Below are positions 43,246-53,641 of a stretch of DNA of 64,000 nucleotides, piece after piece. A program made the translations under genes and the position numbers. Source of the DNA: an uncultured Verrucomicrobiae bacterium (GTDB taxonomy: Bacteria; Verrucomicrobiota; Verrucomicrobiia; Limisphaerales; Palsa-1400). Below the pieces are notes generated by a model that had not been told where the DNA came from, ran no database searches, and saw nothing but the letters and a program-made list of their open reading frames with translations. Numbering within the stretch: the first letter of the stretch is position 1; each line of letters starts with the position of its first letter. The DNA is taken from positions 1,504,001 through 1,568,000 of the forward strand of contig CAVXRD010000002.1 of assembly GCA_963764165.1 (NCBI GenBank). Reading direction: 5' to 3'.

Positions 43246-44019
43246 TCACTTTTTTAAAGGGAACTTGCCTAATCCTGTGACCTGGCAAAAGACGCGGGCG
43301 ACGAACAGCGGGTTGTTCTTGAGATAGCGTTTCCACAACCGGCGGGGCTCGCAGGAAAGCCGGAAGAGCCATTCCAAGCCAGAACGCTGCATCCACCTCG
43401 GCGCCTGCCGGACACGGCCCGCGTGAAAATCAAAAGCCGCACCCACCCCGAACATCAGCGTGACATCCAGACGCTCGAGGTTTTGGGACATGAATCTCTC
43501 CTGCTTCGGCGTGCTCAGGCCAATCCACATGATGTCGGCCCGCGCGGCGCGCACTTGCTCCTCCAATTGCCGCTGCTCGTCCGGGTAGAGCGGCCGGAAC
43601 GGAGGCTCGTAGATCCCCACCAGTTGCAATTTCGGAAAACGCTGCACGAGTCTGGTTTCCAAATCCTTCGCCGTGCCGTTGGCTCCTCCGTAGAAGAAAT
43701 GCCGCCAGCCGCGCTTTTCCGATTCCTCCATGACTGCGAGCATCAAGTCCGGGCCGTAGACGCGATCCATGGATTTCTTCCCTTGCAGCCGGCCCATCCA
43801 TACGAGCGGCATGCCGTCCGGCGTGCAGAGGAACGCGCGGTTGAGAATCTGGCGGAATTCCGCGTCGGTCTGGGCTTCCGAAACACCGTGAACGCCCGTG
43901 ACGCAGATGTAGCCTTTTCTGCGGGCGGAAATTGCCTCGGCAATTTGCTGAATGGCCAGGTCCATGTTCAAGGGACTGACCGCAACGCCCAGGACATTGA
44001 CAGAATTGGAATCTACCAT
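43246..44019 (-). CDS. WecB/TagA/CpsF glycosyltransferase
   Basis: PDGMP, PKQE, GVGAAFDF, GLEWLFRL..EPRRLWKRY. Confidence 0.93.
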   Translation of the reverse strand: MVDSNSVNVLGVAVSPLNMDLAIQQIAEAISARRKGYICVTGVHGVSEAQTDAEFRQILNRAFLCTPDGMPLVWMGRLQGKKSMDRVYGPDLMLAVMEESEKRGWRHFFYGGANGTAKDLETRLVQRFPKLQLVGIYEPPFRPLYPDEQRQLEEQVRAARADIMWIGLSTPKQERFMSQNLERLDVTLMFGVGAAFDFHAGRVRQAPRWMQRSGLEWLFRLSCEPRRLWKRYLKNNPLFVARVFCQVTGLGKFPLKK

Positions 44020-44397
44020 GTGAATGAAAAGACCGTGGACACTTCGGCTTACGCCGATGACCGGCGATTCGAGGCAAGCCCCGTCCGCTTAAATCGGATG
44101 TTCGGAAACCGCAGGGGCAATTGCAAGTAAAATGGCGGGAGTAAAATGGTGGCGAGGTGTGAGACCAATTCTTCATGCGGCATTGCCACGAAGCGCCGGA
44201 GGCGCGGCACTGGTGGCCTTCACTCGCGCGCGGGAGGCGCCGCTCCCGACGGAGCTTAAGCATGTTTTCGGATCGTTTCTACAAAGGTTCCGCGCCTGCG
44301 GCGCTTCGGCAGTCGCGAGATTTTCCCGAGCCTTGGCAGTTCTTCCCGCATAGGATCGATTTCCAGATGCCAAGCCGGGGCGCATGTGCCGCAATTC

Positions 44398-44820
44398 CTA
44401 TTTCGCCCGCACCAGGAAAAGCGGAATCTTGGATTTGTGCCGGACCACATGGATGGTGCTGCCGAGAACCAAATCCGCGACGAAACGGTGCCCGTGCATG
44501 GCCATGGCAATCAGGTCACAATGCTCGCGGGCGGAAGTTTTCAGAATTTCCGCCGCCGGGTCTCCCAAGCCCAAATGGACCGAAACTTTCGCCCCGGATT
44601 CGCGCAGTTCCGCCGCCATTTTTTCGAGATAGGAGCGGTCTTTTTTCATTTCCTCGGATTCCACAAGGTTGAGGCGGTCATAATTGCGGGCGGCCCAGCC
44701 GTCGGCCACATGCATCAGGAGCAATTCTGATTTGAAACGCCGGGCAAACTCGGTGATGTGGGGAATAAGGGCATGATCCGCACGGCTGTTGTCCAAAGCG
44801 ACGAGTATCTTCTTATACAT
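44398..44820 (-). CDS. Universal stress protein
   Basis: YKKILVALD, GDPA..I, DLIAMAMHG, LGS. Confidence 0.9.
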   Translation of the reverse strand: MYKKILVALDNSRADHALIPHITEFARRFKSELLLMHVADGWAARNYDRLNLVESEEMKKDRSYLEKMAAELRESGAKVSVHLGLGDPAAEILKTSAREHCDLIAMAMHGHRFVADLVLGSTIHVVRHKSKIPLFLVRAK

Positions 44821-44915
44821 GACGGTGCCTGAGCCTACCGCTGCCGGCCCGCGGGCTAAAGTTCAAAGTTTGGCGATTTGACCGATGCCGACCTTCAATT
44901 TAGCTTAACGCGCAT

Positions 44916-45635
44916 ATGGCTTGTCGAATGTTTGGCTATGCAGGAAACAGTGAGGCGGATTTGGTCTCGCTCTACGCCGGTCTTAAGCGCGCGTGCGAAA
45001 ATGATCCGGCGCTGCCGGAAATTGCGCCCGGCTGTTCGCGCCACTGTCACGGATGGGGCTACGTCATTCACGCCAGCAACGGACTTTTCCATTACCGCAC
45101 CAAGACGTCGATTTACGAAGACGACGCGGCGCTGCCCACGTTGGAAGGCGATATTCGCGCGATTTTCCACGGGCGTTTCGCCGGCGATCCAACTTTGGAG
45201 GGGCACATTTTTTCGCATCCATACGTGGCCACGACCGATCGCGAAGTGATTTTTCTCGCGCACAATGGCGGCGTCAAACCAGACCAAACGCTGGATCGCA
45301 AGGTGGATACCGAATGGGCCTTGGAGCAGGTGATCCAGGCGGGCGGATTGGAGAAGGCGCTGCCGAAATTGAAAGAGGCCACCGCATCCGCATTGAATTT
45401 GCTCGTTTTGACAATTGATCGCAGCGCCGGGACGCCCTCGAAGATTCATTGCCTGAACTACTTCAAATCGCCGGAAAAAAAAGAGAGGCTCGAATATTAC
45501 GAAATGCTTCTGGCGGCCATGCCGGGAGGCGTCGCGTACGTATCCTCCACGTTTAAGCATTACGCAGAGAAAGTGCATGGCATTGCAATCACCGGGCCGG
45601 CCACTTTCGGCGAACTTTTCACGCTGGAGCCGTGA
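44916..45635 (+). CDS. Class II glutamine amidotransferase-like (EgtC/YafJ family)
   Basis: CRMFG, HGWG, HGRFA, HPY, LAHNG, VDTE. Confidence 0.8.
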   Translation: MACRMFGYAGNSEADLVSLYAGLKRACENDPALPEIAPGCSRHCHGWGYVIHASNGLFHYRTKTSIYEDDAALPTLEGDIRAIFHGRFAGDPTLEGHIFSHPYVATTDREVIFLAHNGGVKPDQTLDRKVDTEWALEQVIQAGGLEKALPKLKEATASALNLLVLTIDRSAGTPSKIHCLNYFKSPEKKERLEYYEMLLAAMPGGVAYVSSTFKHYAEKVHGIAITGPATFGELFTLEP

Positions 45636-46780
45636 GCGATAAAAATTCTGCGGAGGCGGCGCATCAATCGGAACGCCGGGGAATGCTGTCGTTCATATTG
45701 ACCGTCTGCGGCGTTTTCTTTTCGGGCACCTGGTTTTCCGTTTGGACGTGGGAGCGCTTCTGTGGCTTCACTGGGCCGAAAGCCTGGCTGGCGATTCCGT
45801 ATATTCTGTCGGGAATATTTATTGGCGCCGTCGTCGCCGGGTTGCGCCACTCCAGCTTGCTGCACCGGTGGAGTTATCGCGTTGCCGCCGTCTGGCTCGG
45901 ATTCTTGAATTTCTTTTTGTTCGCGGCTTTTGGGTGCTGGATTGCACTGGGAATCTCGAAGCTCGCCGGGCTCGGCTGGGCGGAACACAACATTGCCGCC
46001 GCTCTTTACGGAGCCGCTGTGGTGGCGGGGATGGCGGGGCTCGCCAACGCGTCGTGGCTTCGCGTGACGCGCCGCACTGCATTGTTGACAAATCTTCCGG
46101 CGGCGTGGCATGGGCGGGACGTTTTGCTGATGACGGATTTGCATTTGGGAAACATGCGCCGCGCCGCCTTTGCGCGAAAGATCGTCAACACGGCCAATTC
46201 GCTAAAACCCCACGCCGTGTTTATTTGCGGTGATTTATTCGACGGGCCGAAAGCCGATTTTGCGGGGCTCGTTGCGCCCGTGCGCGATTTGGCCGCGCCA
46301 GCGGGAATTTTCTACGTCACCGGCAATCACGAGGAATTCAGCGACCGGAACAAATATATTTCAGCCGTTCGGCAAGCCGGGGTTCGCGTGCTGCACAATG
46401 AAAAAGTGACGGTGGAAGGCTTGCAAATCGTCGGCGTCCACGATGGCGAAACGACCGACCCTGAGTATTACAAAGAAATCCTGCGCGGCATCGCGGTGGA
46501 TCGAAAATCGCCGAGCATTTTGCTGGCGCACCGGCCGTCGAATCTTTCGGTGCCGGAGGAGGCGGGAGTCTCGCTGCAAATTTCCGGGCACACGCATAAG
46601 GGCCAGTTCTGGCCGTGGTGCTGGGTGATTTTTTGGGTGCATGGGCCGTTCGCCTACGGGCTGAACATGAAAGGCAATATGGCCGTCATCACCAGCAGCG
46701 GCGCAGGGACGTGGGGGCCGCCCATGCGGTTGGGGACCAGATCTGAAATTGTCCTAATTCGCCTGGAGAAGGCGAATTAG
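45632..46780 (+). CDS. Membrane-bound metallophosphoesterase
   Basis: TDLHLG, GDLFD, GNHE, LLAH.P, SGHTHKGQ. Confidence 0.92.
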   Translation: MSDKNSAEAAHQSERRGMLSFILTVCGVFFSGTWFSVWTWERFCGFTGPKAWLAIPYILSGIFIGAVVAGLRHSSLLHRWSYRVAAVWLGFLNFFLFAAFGCWIALGISKLAGLGWAEHNIAAALYGAAVVAGMAGLANASWLRVTRRTALLTNLPAAWHGRDVLLMTDLHLGNMRRAAFARKIVNTANSLKPHAVFICGDLFDGPKADFAGLVAPVRDLAAPAGIFYVTGNHEEFSDRNKYISAVRQAGVRVLHNEKVTVEGLQIVGVHDGETTDPEYYKEILRGIAVDRKSPSILLAHRPSNLSVPEEAGVSLQISGHTHKGQFWPWCWVIFWVHGPFAYGLNMKGNMAVITSSGAGTWGPPMRLGTRSEIVLIRLEKAN

Positions 46781-46796
46781 CCGCAACGACCGCGAA

Positions 46797-47030
46797 CTAT
46801 TCGCCGTTATCGCCGATGGCTTCGACAGGGCAGCCTTCCTTGGCTTCTTTGCATTGCGCTTCTTCGTCAGGGGAACCCGGCTGCTGTTTGACGTAGGAAT
46901 ATCCACCGTCCTCGTTGCGGGTGAAATTGTTGGGGGCAGTCTCGCGACAGAGGTCGCAGTCGATGCACTGGTTGTCCACGTAGTATTTGCCCGTGACGTT
47001 GTCGGGATATTTGTTTGCAATGTCGGCCAT
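46797..47030 (-). CDS. Ferredoxin (single cluster)
   Basis: CIDCDLC...CPVEAIG. Confidence 0.92.
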   Translation of the reverse strand: MADIANKYPDNVTGKYYVDNQCIDCDLCRETAPNNFTRNEDGGYSYVKQQPGSPDEEAQCKEAKEGCPVEAIGDNGE

Positions 47031-47189
47031 AAGCTTTTGTTGACCCGAATCTAAAGTAACCCCCCGGCCAAAACAAGTGGGATTTGCGCCGCCCAACACC
47101 AGTTGAATTTTGCCAAAAAAGGCCCAAACTACAGTTGTATTGACGTCCGCCGGACTTAATTCCGCCGGACTTTCGAAAATTGAATTTTT

Positions 47190-48113
47190 ATGAAATTTGT
47201 GCAGGTCGCAAGACGGGTCTCCCTCTTTTTGGTTGTCAACCTCTTGGTGATGCTGACCATCGGGATCATCGTCAATCTCGTGTTCCGCGGGTACGTGAGG
47301 CGGATTGGGGGCTCGCAGAATTTATTCTTTATTTGTTTTGCCTGGGGCATGGGCGGAGCGTTCTTCTCTCTGGCCATTTCCCGGTGGGCGGCGAAGGTGA
47401 CGAAAGGCGTCCGCGTTATCGATCCGAATACCACCGATCCTGATCTGAGCCGGTTGGTGAGAACGGTGCATCAATTGGCCAGAACGGCCGGGCTCTCCAC
47501 CATGCCGGAAGTGGGCGTTTACGATTCACCGGAAGTCAACGCCTTTGCGACCGGGCCGAGCCGTTCACGCTCTTTGGTGGCGGTGTCGGCCGGATTGCTG
47601 GGGCGGATGCGCCAATACGATGTGGAAGGCGTGCTCGGCCACGAGATCGCGCACATTGCCAACGGCGACATGGTCACGATGACGCTGATTCAAGGCGTGG
47701 TGAACTCGTTTGCGTTTTTCCTCTCGTGGATTCTTGCAATGGCGCTCACGCGCAATTCGGATCGCGACGAGGACCGCGGCGGCAATTGGTATATGGAGTG
47801 GATGCTTCGCGATTTGTTCAATATGGTTTTCATGGTTCTCGGTTCGATTGTGGTCATGTGGTTTTCGCGCTGGCGCGAATTTCGGGCGGACGCGGGCGGG
47901 GCGCGATACGCGGGCCGCGACCACATGATTTCGGCGTTGCGAACATTGGAGCAAGTTCATGAAGCTGGGGCGGATTCTTACGGCCCACAGCAACAGCCGG
48001 CGTTTCAGGCGCTGAAGATTTCGGGCAAGAGCGGGGGATTTGCGGCGTTATTCGCGTCGCATCCTCCCTTGGAAGAACGGATCGCCCGCCTCGAGAGCTT
48101 GCGGGGTGTTTAA
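47190..48113 (+). CDS. htpX: Protease HtpX
   Basis: NAFATG, HEIAH, SRWREFRADAG, SHPPLEERI. Confidence 0.95.
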   Translation: MKFVQVARRVSLFLVVNLLVMLTIGIIVNLVFRGYVRRIGGSQNLFFICFAWGMGGAFFSLAISRWAAKVTKGVRVIDPNTTDPDLSRLVRTVHQLARTAGLSTMPEVGVYDSPEVNAFATGPSRSRSLVAVSAGLLGRMRQYDVEGVLGHEIAHIANGDMVTMTLIQGVVNSFAFFLSWILAMALTRNSDRDEDRGGNWYMEWMLRDLFNMVFMVLGSIVVMWFSRWREFRADAGGARYAGRDHMISALRTLEQVHEAGADSYGPQQQPAFQALKISGKSGGFAALFASHPPLEERIARLESLRGV

Positions 48114-48121
48114 CAAACTTC

Positions 48122-49150
48122 TTATTGAACGGGAACCTGCCTGAGCCAAAGATCGCTGTGGAGCATTCCCCAGTCGAACGTCTGGCGCTGGCCGAGCGTA
48201 AATCCACATTTTGCCAGCAACGCGTCCGGCGGCGTTAATTGCGATGCGGGCAGCGTGGTCGCCCAGCGAAAAAATACATACATGATTTCCATCACCGCTC
48301 GCGCCCGCCACCGCGCCAGTCCCGCTTCCGGTTCGCGAAAGTCTGACAGCAGCCAGCACGCTTTCGGAGCGGCGGCGGCGGATAATTTCGGCAGCAGCCG
48401 CTCGAGTTGCTCGGGGCGGAAGCAATCGAGGAAGAAATGCGTCGCGATCAAATCATATTCGCCGGGTGGCGGCGTCCATTCCATCGCGTCGGCATGAATA
48501 AAAGTGGCGCGTGATTCTTCCACACCGTTTTGGCGCAACCGCGCCCGCGCCGCTTCGAGCATCCCAACGCTGGAATCAACACAGGTGCAATGAGCGCCCG
48601 GGTGCGCCTTCAGCAATTCCGCGACAAACCCGCCATGCCCCTGGCCAACAATAAGAGCGCGGCGCGGCGACGGAATGGATTGCAAAAAAGCCGCACGGCA
48701 TCGGCGCAATTTTTGCCCGGCCAGCACATCTTCCATCCACCCGTAATGGGGCGCGAGCGGGTCAAAATTGGCACGATGATCGTCGGTCGCACTGTAGCAC
48801 AACCGCCAGCCGAGATACGCCGCCGCGCCACCGCACGCGTAAGCGACGGCGTCCCACGGATCGCCCGTCGTGGGCATGATTTTCGGGCCGATGACCTCGA
48901 ACAAAATCGACCATCCGATGACGTGCCCGACGACCTCGCTCGCTGTGGGTGGACGGTCGTGAGTTCGCAATTTCAGCCATCGATGCGCGAAAAGAAGTGG
49001 CGGCAGTGCGCATGGGATGAGCAAGGTGTCGTTAAACCAATTGTGGAAAAACGCGATGTGCGTGTGCGGCTTGATCAGCCAGCGATTCAACGCATAAAGC
49101 GCGCACGAAAGTAGAAAAATGGGATCGAAAACGTAGCCGAACCGCTTCAC
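48122..49150 (-). CDS. Membrane domain fused to a class I SAM-dependent methyltransferase
   Basis: Hydrophobic N-terminal domain (GDPWDAVAY), then FDPLAPHY, IVGQGHG, THFFLDCF; GTG start assumed. Confidence 0.75.
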   Translation of the reverse strand: MKRFGYVFDPIFLLSCALYALNRWLIKPHTHIAFFHNWFNDTLLIPCALPPLLFAHRWLKLRTHDRPPTASEVVGHVIGWSILFEVIGPKIMPTTGDPWDAVAYACGGAAAYLGWRLCYSATDDHRANFDPLAPHYGWMEDVLAGQKLRRCRAAFLQSIPSPRRALIVGQGHGGFVAELLKAHPGAHCTCVDSSVGMLEAARARLRQNGVEESRATFIHADAMEWTPPPGEYDLIATHFFLDCFRPEQLERLLPKLSAAAAPKACWLLSDFREPEAGLARWRARAVMEIMYVFFRWATTLPASQLTPPDALLAKCGFTLGQRQTFDWGMLHSDLWLRQVPVQ

Positions 49151-49673
49151 AGCAAAGCGAGGATAATCAGGCCGAAGCCAAATCCCAAAAGCAGCTTCAT
49201 GGCAAAGACTTTTGTAAGTATCACACTGAAGAAAGTAGCGAGTCGCGCCAGCGTTGTCCAGCGCGCAGGCACGCCGCCGAGCCCGCGGCGTGCAATTAAA
49301 GGCGGTGATTCTCGCCTGCATTTAGGTGCGGCTGTGTCGAAGGCCAGCGGCAGCAAGACACAAACAGCCGAAAACGATTTTCTTGCGGCCATTGCGAAAG
49401 ACAGGTCAACGCGCCAATGGTTTCGAAGCGGCTGCGGCGGGTCTCCAACACAGCCGCGCTTGCGAATTCGGCGGCAATCTCAATGGCGTCTCACCCGCCT
49501 TTAATCACCCCAAACCACCGCATGATTGCTTCGCGACAAAATTTGAACAGAAGACCGAGGGCGCGGAGAGGAAAATTGCCACGTGACAGCGGAGATGGAA
49601 ATGACAAATGGAGCCCCGTGAATCCCGCAGAAAAAGATTGAATGCGACGCCCGATCTCGGCAGGATTCTTGCG

Positions 49674-50096
49674 ATGTCAAAACAAGGTTTAGGCCGGGGA
49701 TTAGGCAGTCTCATGGGCCCGCCACTGAACGAGGAAAAAGGCCAAGCGCCCGTCAGTTTGGGAGTGCGCACGCTGATGCGCGAGACAAAGCTGGAAGTTG
49801 CGCCGCCAGAACCCGAGCCAAAGCCCTCCCACCTGCCCGCCCCTCCTTTGCCTCAGGCTCCCGTGCGCGCGCCCGCAACCGCGCCCGTGCCCGCGTCGGC
49901 GGTCGAACCGGCGGCGAGCGTGCCGCAGTGGTATCTTTTGGCGGGAGACCTCTTGCTGGTGGCGATGGCCATAGTGACAATAAGCTTGAGCCCGCGTCCG
50001 ATTTCTTGGCAGCGCGCCGTTTTTTGCGGCACTTTGGTCTTTGTCGCCGCCATTCTTGCCATCGTAGCGTTCCTTTTTCCAGCGCGGAAAAAGTGA
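49674..50096 (+). CDS. Small membrane protein with a ParB-like N-terminal peptide
   Basis: MSKQGLGRGLGSLM, Pro-rich linker, two C-terminal TM helices. Confidence 0.7.
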   Translation: MSKQGLGRGLGSLMGPPLNEEKGQAPVSLGVRTLMRETKLEVAPPEPEPKPSHLPAPPLPQAPVRAPATAPVPASAVEPAASVPQWYLLAGDLLLVAMAIVTISLSPRPISWQRAVFCGTLVFVAAILAIVAFLFPARKK

Positions 50097-50354
50097 AATT
50101 CTTCACTGTTTTCAGCGAGGCGTCCCACCTTGAACAGATGTTTCATTGTTCCTCCGACGATTTCTGCGGAACAGCCGTCCCAAATGCGATTCCCTTCGGC
50201 TAGGATACTGGGGCGTTCTCCGCGCTCTATTTCGCGATTGTAACGCACATCGGCCCAATTTCTTCCACAAACGGCAGGGGTGAATTCCCAAGCCCTCCAA
50301 TCCGAAACTGCGCAACGTGATTTCACTTCATATAAATAAAACACATAATGCCTA

Positions 50355-50382
50355 TTGACATAATAGAGTATATTGTTAAGGT
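50355..50382 (+). promoter_or_regulatory. Sigma70-type promoter of the porin gene
   Basis: TTGACA-N16-TAAGGT with TG extension in an AT-rich region. Confidence 0.5.
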
Positions 50383-50432
50383 TGGTCCAGTTATCGCAAC
50401 AAACAGAACTAAAATAACGGAAGCCTAAAAAT

Positions 50433-51896
50433 ATGAAGAGATGTGTTCCCAATCATAGTCTCCCTCGTTTTCTCGCCACCACGCTCGTTCTTTTCGCCTT
50501 TATGTTGAGCGTCCGGGCCGCTGACAACCCGCCAACGACAGAGGAACTGCTCCAACGCATCAACGCTCTTGAACAGGAACTCAAGGACTTGAAGTCACAA
50601 GTGAGCCAGCAAAAGCAGCCAACGCAGCCTGCGTCCGTCGCCTCAGGCTCGGTTGCAGTGGCCGCTTCGACGAACGAAACTGTCGCGCCAGCAGCGACTG
50701 TCTCCTTTTCAGCCAGTCCGGAAGGGTTTGTTTTCAATTCGGGCGACAGCAACTTCGTCATCGGGTTCCACGGATTGGTGCAGGCGGACAGCCGGACATT
50801 TTTTAAGGACGACCAGGCGAAAGGGAATGACACATTCCTGCTGCGACGGGCGCGCCCAATCGTGTCCGGCACCATTTACCACGACTTTGATTTCTTATTG
50901 ACGCCCGAGTTTGGCGGCAACACCGTGCAAATCCTCGATGCGCAAGTCAACTACAGGTATAATCAGGCGTTGCAATTGCAAATCGGCAAAATGAAGCCGC
51001 CGGTAGGGCTGGAAGCATTGCAGCCGGAAGAATGGACGTTCCTTAATGAGCGCTCCATCGCGACCGACTTGGTGCCGTATCGCGATCTCGGCGCAGAACT
51101 GCACGGAAACTTATTTGGCGGCATCGTCAGTTACGCTGCGGGCGTCTTCAACGGCTCGCCGGACTACCTGACCACCACCACCAACAACGACATCGATAAC
51201 AACAAGAGCCTTGACGCTCGCCTCTTCTTTCAACCTTTCCTGCGCACCTCACACTCGTACCTTCAGGGCCTCGGCGTCGGCGTGGCGGGCACCTACCAAT
51301 TGGACGCCGGCAGCACGAACAGCCCCAACGGAACCGGATTGACCCAAGGTTACGTCACCGACGGCCAGCAGAAATTTTTCACCTATTCGAACAGCGCCGC
51401 CAGCACAGGCATTCACACGCGGCTGACGCCGCAGGCATATTACTATTGGGGCCCGTTTGGTTTGTTGGGCGAATACGTGTTCAACAACGATCACGTCAGC
51501 AACTTCGCGAAAAAAACAACTTCGGCAAACCTTGAGAACACCGGCTGGGAAGTTTCCGCCGGCTACGTGCTGACGGGCGAGAAGGATTCGTATTATGGAG
51601 TAACGCCCGGCCAGCCGTTTTCGCCGCTCAACGGCCGCTGGGGCGCCGTGCAATTGGTGGGGCGCCTGGAGCAGGTCAATATCGACAAAAAAGCCTTCGC
51701 CGGCTACGCCGACCCGACGACATCAGCCCATGAAGCGGAGGCTTGGGCGGTCGGATTGAACTGGTATTTGACCCGCAACGTGCGCGTCAACACGAGTTTC
51801 TCGCGGACGACCTTTGAAGGCGGCAGCGGCCCCAAAGCAACCGTCACCAAGCAGCCTGAAGAAGTCCTCTTTACGCGCTTGCAGTTGGTGTTTTAG
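50433..51896 (+). CDS. OprO/OprP-family anion-selective porin
   Basis: Signal peptide, coiled coil, FLLRRARP, GLNWYL, terminal Phe. Confidence 0.9.
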   Translation: MKRCVPNHSLPRFLATTLVLFAFMLSVRAADNPPTTEELLQRINALEQELKDLKSQVSQQKQPTQPASVASGSVAVAASTNETVAPAATVSFSASPEGFVFNSGDSNFVIGFHGLVQADSRTFFKDDQAKGNDTFLLRRARPIVSGTIYHDFDFLLTPEFGGNTVQILDAQVNYRYNQALQLQIGKMKPPVGLEALQPEEWTFLNERSIATDLVPYRDLGAELHGNLFGGIVSYAAGVFNGSPDYLTTTTNNDIDNNKSLDARLFFQPFLRTSHSYLQGLGVGVAGTYQLDAGSTNSPNGTGLTQGYVTDGQQKFFTYSNSAASTGIHTRLTPQAYYYWGPFGLLGEYVFNNDHVSNFAKKTTSANLENTGWEVSAGYVLTGEKDSYYGVTPGQPFSPLNGRWGAVQLVGRLEQVNIDKKAFAGYADPTTSAHEAEAWAVGLNWYLTRNVRVNTSFSRTTFEGGSGPKATVTKQPEEVLFTRLQLVF

Positions 51897-51926
51897 GCGG
51901 TCGCGGGGTCCAATCCGAACGAGCCG

Positions 51927-52691
51927 TTGGAAAGGCCTGGGATTTCTCCCGGGGGGCCGGGCCGCATCGCTGTTGGTAACAAGGACGTTCGTTGGGCAGC
52001 ACTGCTCGTCTGGGCAGGCGCGGACCCATTCCGCGTGGCCCCAGACAACCTTGAAGAGTTCTTCCCATTCGAAGCAGAAGAATGCGGGTGGTCAACCGCA
52101 GCTGCGGATGCAGCTTGGGGGCGTGACCCGAAGCTCTTGAAAGTTTTGCATCTCAACCCGACGGCTGAGCAAGCCGTTGCCCTGCTTGATGCGACCAGCT
52201 ACAACCATAACGTCGAACTGTTCAGACAATTGCTTCAGGTCATCCCACGCGAAAAGCTCAATCACAGCAAACGCGATTCGTGCGTCGCACTTGAGCGCTT
52301 GGTCGGCAGCCGGCCGGCTGAAAATATTTTCACTCGAATTCCAAACGAACAGGCGAACGTGGAAAAACTCCAGAGCATTGAACTGTTGCTCGATGCGGGC
52401 GCGCGCTGGAACCCGCCAGAAGAGGAGTTAAAAAGCGATCGACGATCCCTACTGAAACATGACGGGAAGCACATCGTGCAAGTGATCAGGCTGCTCCTCT
52501 ATACGCCAAAGGCAGCGGACGCCTCGCGAGTGCTGGAACTCTGTCGTTCGCAATCAGTGATTGGAAAGATCGCGTTAGTGGATGCCGCACTCGTGACGGA
52601 GCTGAAGCAATTACAGAGGCAAAACCGCGTCAATACCGGGATCCATAAAAACCCGGATACGGTGATTGGTGCTCAGGCGCCGGATGCCTGA
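51927..52691 (+). pseudogene. C-terminal fragment of an ankyrin-like helical protein
   Basis: LLVWAGADP and LLLDAGA motifs; no credible start. Confidence 0.5.
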
Positions 52692-52926
52692 ATTCGTGTG
52701 GCTTTAATGTCGTAACTTTCGGATACGGACCGCCAACTGGGATTTTTTCGGGATCCAAATTACGAACCGAGTTTGGATCCGGATAATTTTCGGACCAAGG
52801 CGCGAGTCTCTTCGCCTCAGATCGAGCCCAAGCAAGCCACTCCAATTGTTCCGGCGACGGACCGACCGCCGCACCACCGCGCCAATGTTTCTCCACCACA
52901 TCGACAAAAGCGAGAACGCGTTCGCT
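52630..52926 (-). pseudogene. C-terminal fragment of an unknown protein joined to the truncated TROVE gene
   Basis: RVLAFVDVVEKHW...WLAWARSEAKRLAPW begins at the TROVE break point. Confidence 0.5.
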
Positions 52927-53494
52927 GGGCGAGGCGGAGTAAGTCGCCGTGCGACCAACCGTCGCGCTGCTGATACTTCACCGCCTGGTGCGCGAGATCG
53001 TCGGCATCACGGTAAATGTACCAGTCGCCCACGGCGTTGCGCAGACCACGGCCCCAGCCGCGCATGGCATTCACGTATTCGGCGAAGTGGAACAGGTGCG
53101 TGCCAATGCGGCAGACCTTGTTCAAGTTCGCAAACGCGTGCGCCTTCGCCTGGGCGTCACCGTGCGTGACGGCGAGCGCCAAGCCGAAGATGGCCGAATC
53201 GTTCTTGGGCGCGCGGCCGGCATCACTGATCTCAACGATGCGGTTCGCAGCGCGAACGCCATCCGCCTTGATGCAACGGATAATCGCGTCGTGGTTCTGT
53301 TTCACGAGATCGCGTTCCGCGATGTAATACGTGCCACCTTCGGCGCCGAGGATCAGGAAACGGTCAAGCCGCGTCCAGTCATCCACTTCCCAGGAAAAGC
53401 CGCCGCCGGAGTTGCGAACCTGGGTCGAACCCGGGATCGGCTGCGACTGAGGCGTAATGCGGCGGTTGAACTGACGTGCGTAATTGATAGCCAT
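52927..53494 (-). pseudogene. rsr: Ro60/Rsr TROVE-domain RNA-binding protein, truncated after about 190 aa
   Basis: NSGGGF, RLDRFLILGAEGGTYY, RIGTHLFHF, GWGRGLR, KYQQRDGWSHGDLLRLA; AGGAGG SD; similarity stops abruptly. Confidence 0.9.
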
Positions 53495-53554
53495 GGTGGC
53501 CTCCTTTTGATGTGCGCGCCGCCAACTCCCGGCACGGGTATTCTATCGGTTAAG

Positions 53555-53620
53555 CTGCGGACAAGTTGGTGAACGTGGGGTGGTCATTTGCAGTGATAAC
53601 CCATGTTCTTCGGCCCGCAG
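53555..53620 (-). ncRNA. Short Y RNA-like gene (Ro-binding stem only)
   Basis: 5' CTGCGGGCCGAAG...GGGTTATC...CTTGTCCGCAG 3' with paired ends; directly upstream of rsr. Confidence 0.75.
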
Positions 53621-53641
53621 AAGGTGCTTGTGCACTGCAAT

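Noticed and set aside
51897..51930. att duplicate of the tRNA-Gly 3' end at the island's left edge
   Set aside because: No TGGAGCGAGCGAA-like copy was found by eye
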